51,559 nt of DNA from positions 1 through 51,559 of the forward strand of contig JAFGST010000010.1 of the NCBI GenBank assembly GCA_016934475.1, read 5' to 3'. Under the pieces are notes generated by a model. The model saw nothing but the letters and a program-made list of their open reading frames with translations, was not told the origin of the DNA and ran no database searches. This document shows, piece by piece, positions 1-10,200 of this stretch. A program made the position numbers and the translations under genes. The DNA is from Candidatus Aminicenantes bacterium (GTDB lineage Bacteria > Acidobacteriota > Aminicenantia > UBA2199). Position 1 is the stretch's first letter. Each line of letters begins with the position of its first letter.

Positions 1-1140
1 CTGGAGATCGAGAAGCTGGAGAACGAGTACATCGACCTGATCAAGCAGATCAATTACCTCAAGGAGCTCCTAGCCAGCGAGCGCATGATGCTGAGCGTGA
101 TCAAGGAGGAGCTGCGCAAGGTCAAGGAGCAGTTCGCCGACAAGCGCCGAACCGAGATCGTCGCCAAGCAGTTGTCCGAGTTCAAGATCGAGGACATGAT
201 CAAGGATGAGGATTTCGTCATCACCTACACGCGCAGCGGCTACATCAAGAGGACGACGCTCAGCTCCTACCGCAGCTTGAACCGCGGCACCATGGGCCGA
301 AGGGGGATCGGCCTGAAGGAGGAGGACGCCATCTCCCGGGTGTACGTCGCCTCCGCCCACTCCTATATCCTGGCCTTCACCGAGAAAGGACGCATGTTCT
401 GGATCAAGGTATACGACATCCCCGAGGGCGACAGCGCCGGCCGCGGCAAGCCCATCAACCGCCTGATCGGCATCGGGCCCGAGGAGCAGGTCTGCTCGGT
501 CATCAACGTGAAGGAGTTCCCCAAGGACAAGTTCGTGATGCTGTTCTCCCGGCAGGGGTATGTGAAGAAGACCTCGCTGGCGGAGTTCTCCCATCCGCGC
601 ATCAGCGGCATCATCGCCGCCGAGGTGCCGAAGGATGACCGCCTGCTGGAGGCGGTGATCACCTCGGGCAGCAACGAGGTCATCCTGGGCACCTGCCTGG
701 GCAAGGCGCTGAAGTTCAACGAGGGGAATGTCCGGCCCATGGGCCGCGGCGCCCGCGGCGTCACGGCCATCAAGCTGGGAAAGGGGGACGTCGTGGTCGG
801 GGCCGATGTCATCGACGAGAAAGACAAGTACATCCTGACGGTGACCGAGAACGGCATCGGGAAGAAATCGGACTTGTCTCTCTACCGCCTGCAGAATCGC
901 GGCGGCAAGGGCCTGATCAATATCAAGATCGGCGCGAAGTTGGGGAAAGTAGTCGGCCTGGTCACCTTGAACGACGAGGACGGCGAGATCATCCTCTGCT
1001 CGGAAAAGGGGATCCTCAACAAGCAGGACACCGTCGAGCTGCGGGCCAAGGGGCGCGCCACCCAGGGAGTGAAGCTGGTCAACCTGCGGCCCGGCGACCG
1101 CCTGGTGTCCATCGAGAAAGTGAAGCGCGAGGAAAAGTAG
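1..1140 (+). CDS. gyrA: DNA gyrase subunit A (type IIA topoisomerase A subunit), C-terminal part; 5'-truncated by window edge
   Basis: Frame is open from base 1 (LEIEKLENEY...). Contains FADKRRTEI and beta-pinwheel repeats (GYIKRT, GRGKPI, GYVKKT, VRPMGRGARGV, RLQNRGGKG, GRATQGV). Confidence 0.88.
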   Translation: MEIEKLENEYIDLIKQINYLKELLASERMMLSVIKEELRKVKEQFADKRRTEIVAKQLSEFKIEDMIKDEDFVITYTRSGYIKRTTLSSYRSLNRGTMGRRGIGLKEEDAISRVYVASAHSYILAFTEKGRMFWIKVYDIPEGDSAGRGKPINRLIGIGPEEQVCSVINVKEFPKDKFVMLFSRQGYVKKTSLAEFSHPRISGIIAAEVPKDDRLLEAVITSGSNEVILGTCLGKALKFNEGNVRPMGRGARGVTAIKLGKGDVVVGADVIDEKDKYILTVTENGIGKKSDLSLYRLQNRGGKGLINIKIGAKLGKVVGLVTLNDEDGEIILCSEKGILNKQDTVELRAKGRATQGVKLVNLRPGDRLVSIEKVKREEK

Positions 1141-1917
1141 TCAGCGTTTCAGCCGCCGGTAGTTTTTCTCGATCTGCTCCAGGAGGAGCGTCACCTCGAC
1201 TTTCTTGATGGCGGCGATCTTTTCCACGATCCGGGTGACGGCCAACGGCGAGTTGGTCCGGCCGCGCTCGGGCTCGGGAGCCAGGTAGGGGGAGTCGGTT
1301 TCGCTGAAGAGCCGCTCCAGGGGCGTTCGCTCCACGACTTCCCGGAGCTCCTCGGCTTTCTTGAAGGTGATGATGCCGGAAAAGGAAAGGAAATACCCGC
1401 GGGCGAGGATCTCGTCGGCGGCTTCCCGGTCTCCGGTGTAACAGTGAAAGACGACCGGCTGGTCGAATCCCTCCTCGTCCAGAAGCCGCAGCACCTCCGC
1501 CTCGGCGCGACGGGAATGCACGACCAGGGGCAGGGCGCACTCGCGGGCCAGAGCGATCTGCCGGCGGAAGACGGCGGCCTGGTTCTCGCGGGTCGAATGG
1601 TCGTAGTGAAAGTCCAGACCCGCCTCGCCGACGGCCAGGGTCCGGCAGCGGTCGATGAAGTCAAGGATGCGCTTCTCCGTTTTCCTTGAATAGCGATCGG
1701 CTTGGTGGGGGTGGGCCCCGATCGTGGAATCGATGCGTTCGCAGCGGGCGAGCATCTCGGCGGTCAGCGCCGGCGACCGTTCGTCGTCCGGATCGGCGAC
1801 CGTCACCAAGGCGGCGAAGCCCGCCGCGAGGCATTGCTCGATGATGACCCAGCGGTTCGCATCATAGACGGCGTCGTCCAGGTGGCAATGAAAATCGATG
1901 GGACCGCGTTGCTCCAT
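1141..1917 (-). CDS. tatD: TatD family deoxyribonuclease/hydrolase
   Basis: DFHCHL, GAHPH, VGEAGLDF, VVHSR, VFHCY and SETDSPYLAP motifs. Start placed at ATG 1917. Confidence 0.92.
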   Translation of the reverse strand: MEQRGPIDFHCHLDDAVYDANRWVIIEQCLAAGFAALVTVADPDDERSPALTAEMLARCERIDSTIGAHPHQADRYSRKTEKRILDFIDRCRTLAVGEAGLDFHYDHSTRENQAAVFRRQIALARECALPLVVHSRRAEAEVLRLLDEEGFDQPVVFHCYTGDREAADEILARGYFLSFSGIITFKKAEELREVVERTPLERLFSETDSPYLAPEPERGRTNSPLAVTRIVEKIAAIKKVEVTLLLEQIEKNYRRLKR

Positions 1918-1929
1918 GGCGACATTGTA
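1918..1929 (-). promoter_or_regulatory. -10 box (TACAAT) 6 nt upstream of tatD ATG; probable leaderless promoter
   Basis: Minus strand reads TACAAT-GTCGCC-ATG, with no Shine-Dalgarno. Confidence 0.5.
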
Positions 1930-1974
1930 GCGCAAAGAGCCGCGCCGGGACAGCCCTTCCGCACCGCCGCCAGG

Positions 1975-2003
1975 TTGACGGCCCCTGGGCGACGGCGTAT
2001 AAT
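1975..2003 (+). promoter_or_regulatory. sigma70-type promoter for the HD-GYP gene
   Basis: TTGACG (1975-1980), 17-bp spacer, TATAAT (1998-2003). Confidence 0.75.
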
Positions 2004-2019
2004 GGCCGGCAGGACGAGC

Positions 2020-3237
2020 ATGATCGGCGGTTTACACAAAAACAAGGTAGCTGCGATCTTGAAGATCACCGAGGACCTCAACCAGATCAAGGACATCGAC
2101 TCCTTGCTCGACCGGGTCCTGCTGGAGGCGCGGCGCTTCTGCCGCGCCGATGCCGGGTCGATCTATTTACTGGAAAAGAACCGGAAACTGCGCATCAACT
2201 ACGTGCAGAACGACACCCTGATCCAGAAGGAGAGCGGTAAGAAATACCTGTACCAGAACCACGAGCTGGACATCAACGACAAATCCATGGCCGGCTATGC
2301 GGCCATGACCAAGAAATCACTGGTTATCGACGACGCCTACGGCCTGGACGAGCGGGTCCCTTATCGCTTCAACCGCTCCTTTGACGAGACGGCGGCGTAC
2401 CGCACCCGCTCGGTCCTGACGCTGCCGCTGATCGCCAGCCACAACCGCCTGATCGGGGTCATGCAGATCATCAATTCCCTGGACGCGAGGGGGCGGGCGG
2501 TCCCCTTCCGCGGCGAGGACGAACTGGTGGTGGCCTATTTCGCCAACCATGCCGCCGGCAGCATCGAGAAAGCGAAAATGACCCGCGAGATCATCCTGCG
2601 CATGATCGGCATCGCCGAACTGCGCGATCCGGAGGAGACCGGAGCCCACGTCAACCGGGTCGGTTCCTACTCGATCGAGATCTATTCCAAATGGGCGATG
2701 AACCACAAGGTGGACGATGCCGAAATTCGCCGGGTGCGGGACGTGCTGCGCATCGCCGCCATGCTGCACGACGTCGGCAAGGTCGCCATTTCCGACATCT
2801 TGCTGAAGAAGCACGGTCCGTTGGATGACGGCGAGTACGAGCAGATGCAGCGCCACGTTCTGTTCGGAGCGCGCCTTTTCAAGAATTCCACGTCGGACTG
2901 GGACGACATGGCGGCCGAGATCGCGCTCAACCACCATGAACGCTGGGACGGCAGCGGCTATCCCGGGAAGGTCGCGGACGTGTTTGACGACCGTTGGTGC
3001 CCCGGTCCGGGGAAACGGGGCGAGGAGATCCCCTTGTTCGCCAGGATCGTCGCCCTGTCCGACGTCTATGATGCGCTGACCTCGATGCGCGCCTACAAGG
3101 AGAGCTGGCCCGAGGAGAAGGTCCTGCAATACATCCGGGAGCAGAAAGGAAGGCAGTTCGACCCGGAGCTGGTCGACGTGTTCTTTTCGATTTACGACGT
3201 GATTCGCGCCATCCGCGGGAAGTATGCCGACCAGTAG
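2020..3237 (+). CDS. GAF + HD-GYP domain protein (putative cyclic di-nucleotide phosphodiesterase)
   Basis: N-terminal GAF (DAGSIYL...YRTRSVLTLPL...GVMQIIN), then ETGAHVNRV, LHDVGK, HHERWDGSGYP and DVYDALTS. Start moved to ATG 2020, downstream of the promoter. Confidence 0.88.
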   Translation: MIGGLHKNKVAAILKITEDLNQIKDIDSLLDRVLLEARRFCRADAGSIYLLEKNRKLRINYVQNDTLIQKESGKKYLYQNHELDINDKSMAGYAAMTKKSLVIDDAYGLDERVPYRFNRSFDETAAYRTRSVLTLPLIASHNRLIGVMQIINSLDARGRAVPFRGEDELVVAYFANHAAGSIEKAKMTREIILRMIGIAELRDPEETGAHVNRVGSYSIEIYSKWAMNHKVDDAEIRRVRDVLRIAAMLHDVGKVAISDILLKKHGPLDDGEYEQMQRHVLFGARLFKNSTSDWDDMAAEIALNHHERWDGSGYPGKVADVFDDRWCPGPGKRGEEIPLFARIVALSDVYDALTSMRAYKESWPEEKVLQYIREQKGRQFDPELVDVFFSIYDVIRAIRGKYADQ

Positions 3238-3303
3238 GACCCTGGCCCAAGGCCTGGACCGGGAAGAGGCCTGCGGCGCCGGCCGTGCCGACCGGAGACC
3301 GAC

Positions 3304-6300
3304 GTGAGCGATCCCGGAGGCGGGAGCCAAGAGCTCGGTGGCGAGATTTTTTTCTCCTGCGATCCTTCGGGAACCGCGATCGACCGCCTGATGCCCTTCA
3401 GGGTGAAACGCTTCCTGCTGGTGGCCAGCCTCTACGACTGTTTCATGCTGGAGGAAGACGGCCGCCTGCAGGACCTGCTGCTGCAGACCTACCAGAAATG
3501 GCACCTGGGCTACGTACCGCAGTTCGTCCGGGTCAGCGGCGGCGATAACGCCCTGCGGCGGATCGCCGAAGAGAAATTCGACCTGATCATCGCGCTCATG
3601 CGCCTGGGCGACATGGATCCGTTCACCTTCGGCCGGAAGGCGAAGGAGATCGATCCGCACCTGCCTGTCGTCGGGCTGGCCTACAACACCCCGGAATTGC
3701 AGCGCCTTCTCGAACTGGATGACGGTAGCGCCGTCGACCGGGTCTTCGTGTGGCAGGGGGACAGCCGGGTGCTGCTGGGGATAATCCAGTTCGTCGAGGA
3801 TCGCCGGAATGCCGACAACGACACCGAGGCCATCGGGGTGCAAAGCATCCTGCTGGTCGAGGACTCCATCGGCTTCTACTCCTCCTATCTGCCCCTGGTC
3901 TTTTCCGTCCTGCGCGAGCTGACCGAAAGCCTGCTCAAGGAGGACCTGACCTTCTCGCAGAAGCTTTTGCGTCAGAGCGCCCGCCCCCGCCTGCATCTGG
4001 CCACGACCTTCGAGGAGGCGGTCGCCGTCTTCGACCGCTTCAAGGACCATCTCCTGGGAATCATCAGCGATATCCGTTTTCCCCGGCAAGGAGTCCTGGA
4101 TCCAGAGGCCGGGAGGCGGTTTTTGCAGAAAGTCCGCTCCGAAAAGCCGCAGCTGCCCATCCTGGTGCAATCCAGCGACGACGGGGCGGAAGCGATGGCG
4201 CAAGAATCCGGAAGCCGATTTCTCTCCAAGTTATCGCCGACCCTGCTGGCCGACCTGAAGCGCATCCTGCGCTCGTTCTTCGGTTTCGGCGACCTGCTGC
4301 CGGATCCGGGAGCCGGCCAGGCCGGGTGGCGCTTCGCCAATATGGACCAGTTGTACTCCAACCTGTCCGAGCTGCCCGCGGATTCACTGAACCGGATGCT
4401 GGCCAGCGGGGAACTCGACCGCTGGCTGCGGGCCAGGACCGAGTTCTCGCTGGCCAACGCGATCAAGGATCTGCTTGTTAAGGAGGGCCTGCCCCTCGCC
4501 TCCCCGCAAGAAGCGATCAAGGAGTTGATCGCCGCTTCCCGGACCGCCAGCCGCCGCGGTTCCATTGTCCCCTACTCGCGCCATTTCCACGAGGAGTACT
4601 CGAGGTTCAGCATCATCGGCGGCGGTTCGATCGGCGGCAAGGCCCGCGGCCTGGCCTTCATGGACCGCATCCTGGCGAAATACTTCGATTCCGGGAAATT
4701 CCCAGGGACAAGCGTTTCCATTCCCCGCACCCTGGTGCTGGGCACCGACGTGTTCGATGACTTCATGAAAGAGAACGATCTGCTTCCCCAAGCCGTGGAG
4801 GATCACTCCGACGGCCACATGGCCAGCCTGTTCATCAAGGCGAACCTGCCGGGAAAGGTCGTGGGCGATCTTCGCGATTTCATCACCCATGTCACCGTGC
4901 CCCTGGCGGTCCGCTCCTCCAGCCTGTTGGAAGATTCCCTCTACCAGCCGTTCGCCGGGATTTATGCCACCAAAATGCTGCCGAACGACCAGAGCAAGAA
5001 CGACATCCGCTTCCTCAACCTGGTCAATGCCATCAAGTTCGTTTATGCCTCGACGTTTTTCCGCCAGGCCAAGGCCTACATCGCCAGCACGCCTCACCGC
5101 GTGGAGGACGAGAAAATGGCCGTCGTCATCCAGCCGGTCGTGGGGCATCTGCACCCGGACAGCTTTTATCCCGATTTTTCCGGGGTGGCCCGCTCCTACA
5201 ATTATTATCCCGTCGGTCAGGCCCGTCCCGAGGACGGGGTGGTCAATGTCGCCCTGGGCCTGGGCAAGACCATCGTCGACGGGGGCGTTTCCCTGCGCTT
5301 CACCCCGGCCTACGCCGGGGTGTTGCCGCAATTCACCTCGATCAAGGAGATGTTTCGCTTTTCCCAGCGCGATTTCTATGCCGTCGCCATGCGCCGCGCC
5401 GATTCGGTCGCCTTCCTTGACGAAGACCAGTACCTGGTCAAGCAGGGGCTGGACAAGGCGCAAAAGGACGGGGTCCTGACGTTCCTAGCCTCGACCTATT
5501 CGCCGGAGAACGACGCCGTGTACGACGGCATCAGCTTTGAGGGGCCGCGAATCATCAATTTCGCCCATATCCTGAAGAATAAGGTCTTCCCCCTGGATGC
5601 GATCACCATGCACCTGCTGCGGCTGAGCAGCGAGGCGATGAATTGCGCGGTGGAAATGGAGTTTGCCGTTACCATCGATCCGCAGAACGCGCTCCCCGCC
5701 CATTTCGCCGTTCTTCAGGTCCGCCCCCTGGTCATCCAGGACGAGCTGGTGGAGGTGGATCTGGATGAAGGGCAGATGGAGTTCGCCTTCTGCTTCAGCG
5801 ATCGCGTGCTGGGCAACGGCACCAACCGGGAGATCCGCGACATCGTGTTCGTCAAGCCGTCGTCGTTCGACGCCGTCCGCAGCCCGCAGATCGCCGGCGA
5901 AGTCGACGCGCTCAACGGCCGCCTGCGCGCGGGAAAGGCGCCCTACCTTCTCATCGGACCGGGCCGCTGGGGCAGCAGCGATCCCTGGCTGGGCATCCCG
6001 GTCAAGTGGAGCCAGATCAGCGGAGTGAAGGTCGTGGTCGAGGCGTGCCTGCCCAACATGAATGTGGATCCCTCCCAGGGATCGCACTTTTTCCAGAACA
6101 TGACCTCGCTACGCATCGGCTATTTCACGGTCGCCTTGGACCGCGAGCACGGATTCATCGATTGGCCGTGGCTGGAGGCCCTGCCCGCGGCGGAAGAAAC
6201 CGAGTTCCTGAAGCGTGTCCGCCTGCCGGAGCCTGTCACGGTGGTAATCGACGGCCGCAAAAGCAGGGGGATCATCCTGAGGCCGGGAGCTCCGGTTGGG

Positions 6301-6312
6301 GGAAATGGCTGA
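3304..6312 (+). CDS. Receiver-domain-fused PEP/pyruvate-binding (PPDK/PEP synthase N-terminal ATP-grasp) domain protein
   Basis: Two REC-like segments (FLLVASLYD; ILLVEDS...IISDIRFP), then GGKARGL, AVRSSSLLED, FAGIYAT, MEFAV, LQVRP and a C-terminal GPGRWGS...SQGSHFF domain. No pyruvate-binding TIM barrel. Confidence 0.8.
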   Translation: MSDPGGGSQELGGEIFFSCDPSGTAIDRLMPFRVKRFLLVASLYDCFMLEEDGRLQDLLLQTYQKWHLGYVPQFVRVSGGDNALRRIAEEKFDLIIALMRLGDMDPFTFGRKAKEIDPHLPVVGLAYNTPELQRLLELDDGSAVDRVFVWQGDSRVLLGIIQFVEDRRNADNDTEAIGVQSILLVEDSIGFYSSYLPLVFSVLRELTESLLKEDLTFSQKLLRQSARPRLHLATTFEEAVAVFDRFKDHLLGIISDIRFPRQGVLDPEAGRRFLQKVRSEKPQLPILVQSSDDGAEAMAQESGSRFLSKLSPTLLADLKRILRSFFGFGDLLPDPGAGQAGWRFANMDQLYSNLSELPADSLNRMLASGELDRWLRARTEFSLANAIKDLLVKEGLPLASPQEAIKELIAASRTASRRGSIVPYSRHFHEEYSRFSIIGGGSIGGKARGLAFMDRILAKYFDSGKFPGTSVSIPRTLVLGTDVFDDFMKENDLLPQAVEDHSDGHMASLFIKANLPGKVVGDLRDFITHVTVPLAVRSSSLLEDSLYQPFAGIYATKMLPNDQSKNDIRFLNLVNAIKFVYASTFFRQAKAYIASTPHRVEDEKMAVVIQPVVGHLHPDSFYPDFSGVARSYNYYPVGQARPEDGVVNVALGLGKTIVDGGVSLRFTPAYAGVLPQFTSIKEMFRFSQRDFYAVAMRRADSVAFLDEDQYLVKQGLDKAQKDGVLTFLASTYSPENDAVYDGISFEGPRIINFAHILKNKVFPLDAITMHLLRLSSEAMNCAVEMEFAVTIDPQNALPAHFAVLQVRPLVIQDELVEVDLDEGQMEFAFCFSDRVLGNGTNREIRDIVFVKPSSFDAVRSPQIAGEVDALNGRLRAGKAPYLLIGPGRWGSSDPWLGIPVKWSQISGVKVVVEACLPNMNVDPSQGSHFFQNMTSLRIGYFTVALDREHGFIDWPWLEALPAAEETEFLKRVRLPEPVTVVIDGRKSRGIILRPGAPVGGNG

Positions 6313-7201
6313 GCTGCCGGGAGGCGACATCCCTCCCGCCGAAGGACCGTTCCTATTCGCCAGTGACCTGCACGGGCGCGAGGAGCGCTACCTGAAGCTG
6401 TTCTCACTCGTCCAGGCCAGGCGGCCCAAGGCTGTTTTCCTGGGCGGCGACCTTCTGCCCTCAGGCACGCTGCTGTTCGGCAACAGCCCGGTCTGCGGAG
6501 ATTTCCTGGAAGATTTCTTGCTGCCGGGGCTGAGTCGTCTGCGCGAGAGCCTGCACGACGACTATCCGCGGCTGTTTCTGATCCTGGGCAACGACGATCC
6601 GCGCCAGGCCGAGGAAAGCTTCCTGCGCCGGGAAGCGCAGGGGCTGTGGAGCTATGTTCACGGGCGCAAGTCCCCATTGGGGCGATACGCCGTCTACGGC
6701 TACGCCTGCGTACCGCCCACGCCGTTTATGCTGAAGGACTGGGAGCGCTACGACGTTTCGCGCTTTGTCGATCCGGGTGCCGTCCCCCCCGAGGAGGGGC
6801 GATACAGTGTCGTCGTTCCCGAGGAGGAACGGGGCTTTCCCACCATCCAGGACGACTTGGTGCGGCTCGCGGGCGCTGATCCCATGGAGCGGGCCATTTT
6901 CCTGTTCCATTCCCCCCCGTACCGTACGGCGCTCGACCGGGCGGCCCTGGACGGCCGCCAGGTGGATGGCGCCCCCCTCGACGTGCACGTGGGCAGCATC
7001 GCAATCAAGCGATTCATCGAGGAGCGCCAGCCCCGGGTCACCCTGCACGGCCATGTCCACGAGTCGGCGCGCCTGACCGGCTCCTGGCAAGAAACGATCG
7101 GCCGGACCCATTGCTTCTCCGCGGCCCACTCCGGCCCCGAGCTGGCCGTGGTCTCGTTCGACCCGGCGAATCCTGGGGAGGCAGCCCGGTGCTTGCTATG
7201 A
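6305..7201 (+). CDS. Calcineurin-like metallophosphoesterase (Icc-related)
   Basis: SDLHG, GGDL, GNDD, FHSPP and HGHVHE motifs. Start overlaps the upstream stop codon. Confidence 0.85.
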   Translation: MAELPGGDIPPAEGPFLFASDLHGREERYLKLFSLVQARRPKAVFLGGDLLPSGTLLFGNSPVCGDFLEDFLLPGLSRLRESLHDDYPRLFLILGNDDPRQAEESFLRREAQGLWSYVHGRKSPLGRYAVYGYACVPPTPFMLKDWERYDVSRFVDPGAVPPEEGRYSVVVPEEERGFPTIQDDLVRLAGADPMERAIFLFHSPPYRTALDRAALDGRQVDGAPLDVHVGSIAIKRFIEERQPRVTLHGHVHESARLTGSWQETIGRTHCFSAAHSGPELAVVSFDPANPGEAARCLL

Positions 7202-7211
7202 CCGCGGCAAC

Positions 7212-10200
7212 TTATTGGCTTTTAAGGGCCAGGGGGCGGGCGGCGTTGGTCGCGGCGTCGATCTTGACGGCGAAGCTGGTCTTCTTGGCGATATCCTCGT
7301 CGGTCAGCAGGTGATAGTCGAGCAGCCCCCCGGATTTGTAGCCGGTGCGCGAGTAGTTGATCTCGGCCAGGCACAGGCTCCAGCCCTCGAGCCAGAGAAC
7401 AAGTTCCTGCTTCTGCCGCTCGCTCCCTTGGAAGTGGATCAGGAGGTCGATGTCGCTGCCAGGACCGGCCGTGGCGTTCTTCGTCGAGCCGAAGACGTAC
7501 ATGGCCTTGACGCCGAAGCGACCCGGATCAAGCTGGCCGGCGATTCGCTCGGCCATGCGCAGCCGCCAGCCCCAATGGTCGTCGCTGGCCGTCTCGGAGA
7601 CCTCGACCCGTTCCCGCTCGGCACTCGCCTGCGAGTCGGGCGTGGCCAAAAAGCCCAGAGCCTCGCCTAGGTCGGCGTTCATCAGCACCCGCAGCACCCT
7701 GCCGCTGGCGGCGCGCGGAACCTCGATGACGCGGATGGTGTCGGCGAGGGCCGCCGACTCGGGCAGGATGTCGGGGAAGTAGTTTTGGGCATCCAGCAGG
7801 AAACGCTCGTTGAAGATGATACCCGGGTCGTCGGGGTAGAGGGGCAGGTAGCGGATCGATGATTCGACCAGGTCCTGGAAAAAATGGGTGCCGAACGACA
7901 GCTCCGGGACGTAGTTGCCCTTCTTGCGGGCGATCTCGATGAGGGCGGCGGTGTTGTTGAAATCCGAGTAGGTTACGGGCACGCCGAGCTTGATGTCCCC
8001 GCGGCTGCCCCAGCGCCCCGGCCCCATGAGGATGAACCGGCGCTTGGGCAGGAGCTTGTTGAGCTTGCCGACGGCCTGGCCGACCTCGATCATCTGCTCA
8101 CTGCGCTCGAGCAGGGAATAGTTCTCCGGGTCCACGTAGACAATGTGGGTGATGTCGGGAAGCTTGCCGTTCGAGATGTAGCGGTTGGCGGTGAAAATGA
8201 TCCGGTCCTCGGCGATGTCCTTGGGGATGAGGCTGGCCACGTTGCCCGCGGTCGAGCTTTGCGGCCGGCACTGGAGAAGGTAGAGCTGGCGGCCGTCGTG
8301 GGCGAACTCGATGTCCACCGGGGTGCTCATCTTCTCCTGGAGCGTCTTCAGCATGCACTGCAGCTGCTTGACGAAGGGGGTGCGCGAGATCCAGCCCTCG
8401 AAGGTGACGAACAGATTCGCCTTGCTGAAGTCGAGGCCGAGGGCCGAGGGGGAATAGATGTGGTCGTCCTCGTAGACGGAGACGATATTCTCGATGCCGG
8501 GATATTGGGAGCCGCACTCTGTCAGCAGGGCGGTGATCTCCATGGACTCGAACGAGCAGGTCTTCAGGTTGATGACGTCGATGCGCCGCGGCGAGTAGCG
8601 CATTGTCTCGTCGGCGGTGACGTTGACGCGCAGGTTGGGGATGCCCGGCGAGATCAGGATCGGGTAATCGTCGCTGACGCGGTCCACGGCGCGGGTGCCC
8701 AGGCCGGGGACGAGGCGGGCCAGCCCGTCCTCGCGCTTGATGCGCGGCGACCAGCGGAACTCGTTGTTGCTGAAGGCGACGCCGGCGAAGGCGGGGAGAT
8801 AGTAGTCGCCCACTTTTTGCCCGACCACTTCCTGGATCATGATGCCCATCTCCTCATGGAAGTCCAGCAGCCCGCGCTCGGCGCGGTATTCGATGGGGTC
8901 GGGGCCGAAGATGGAGGCGTAGACCTCGGCGATGGCGTCGGTCAGCGCATCCAGCCGCTCCTGTTTCGTTCCCTGGTTGGCCAGGAACAGACTCTTGTAT
9001 TTGCCGGAAAAGGCCATGCCCATGCGGTCTTCCAGTAGGCTCGAGCTGCGCACGATCAGCGGCTTGTTGCCCAGATCGTCGAGGGCCATAGACAGCCCCT
9101 TGATGATCTCGATGGGGAAATGGGCGTTTTTCAGCAGCTGGACGACATTATGGTACTCGAGGCGGATCTGGTCGATTTCCTTGTATTTCTGTTCGTTCAC
9201 TTCCTCGAGGTTGTTGTAGCTCAGGAAGTTCAGGATGGCGTCGGTGGTGATGTACCAGGTCTTGGGGAACTTGAGCTCGCACAGGACCTCGGAGTGGTCG
9301 CCCGGCTTGGTCAGGATTTTCTGCGCCAGGAACAGCCCGGCGCTCTTTCCTCCCAGGCGGCCGTAGCCGTTGGCGGGATAAATGATGCGCTGCACGAGGT
9401 CGTAAAAATGGCGCACCTCGATGTGGTTCTTGGCGATGTTGATGAAATCGAGCTGGTCGGAGAAGAAGCGGCGGATGAGCGAGACGCGAAGCCCCTTCTC
9501 CATGGGGGGCGAGAGCTCATACGTGCCGCCGGAGATGTAGTGGTAATGGGTGATGGCGTTGATGACGTCGACCAGGGGCATGTCGATGTTGTTGATCGCC
9601 CGGCTCAGGAAGCTGGCCTTGTCCTCCTGGATCCACTTCTGGATGCGACCCAGAATATCCGAGTCGCTCAGGTAGCGCGCCGCGATGCGGAACGTCTTGT
9701 CGCTGAGCTCCAGGAGCTCCAGCTGCGATTTCTTCTGGCTGGGGCGGTTCATGTCGTCGCTCATCTCGGTCTGGGCGGCGCCCTGGTCCTTGCTCAAAGA
9801 CTTCAAAAGTTCCTTGGCCTCCATAACGCCGTTCCAGAAGAGGTGGTAGACCATCTTGCGACCCAGGTGGATGTAGAGATTCTGGTCGGTGCGGCGCAGC
9901 AGGTCGATGACGACCATCCATTCCTTCTTGATCTTGTCGCTGAGGTCCTTCTGCGCCGTCTCCCATTCGCGCGAGACCTGCTCCAGCTTGAAATGCAGGA
10001 CGGTGCGGCCGATGCGCTCGGCGATGGTCTGCAGCAGTTTTTGCTCGTCCTTGAGGAAATAGCTGTTTTCCGTCTGTGGGACGTCACGGGTGTAGGAAAC
10101 CTCGATGAAGCCGATGACCTTCTCCTCCTCCTTGATGTCGACGCGCTGCACGCGCGTCGACGGTGTAAATCCCGGGCTCTGGTAGGTGTGGTCCTCGTGG

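Noticed and set aside
1702-2019. N-terminal extension of the HD-GYP ORF
   Set aside because: It overlaps tatD and lies upstream of or across a consensus promoter; ATG 2020 is the better start.
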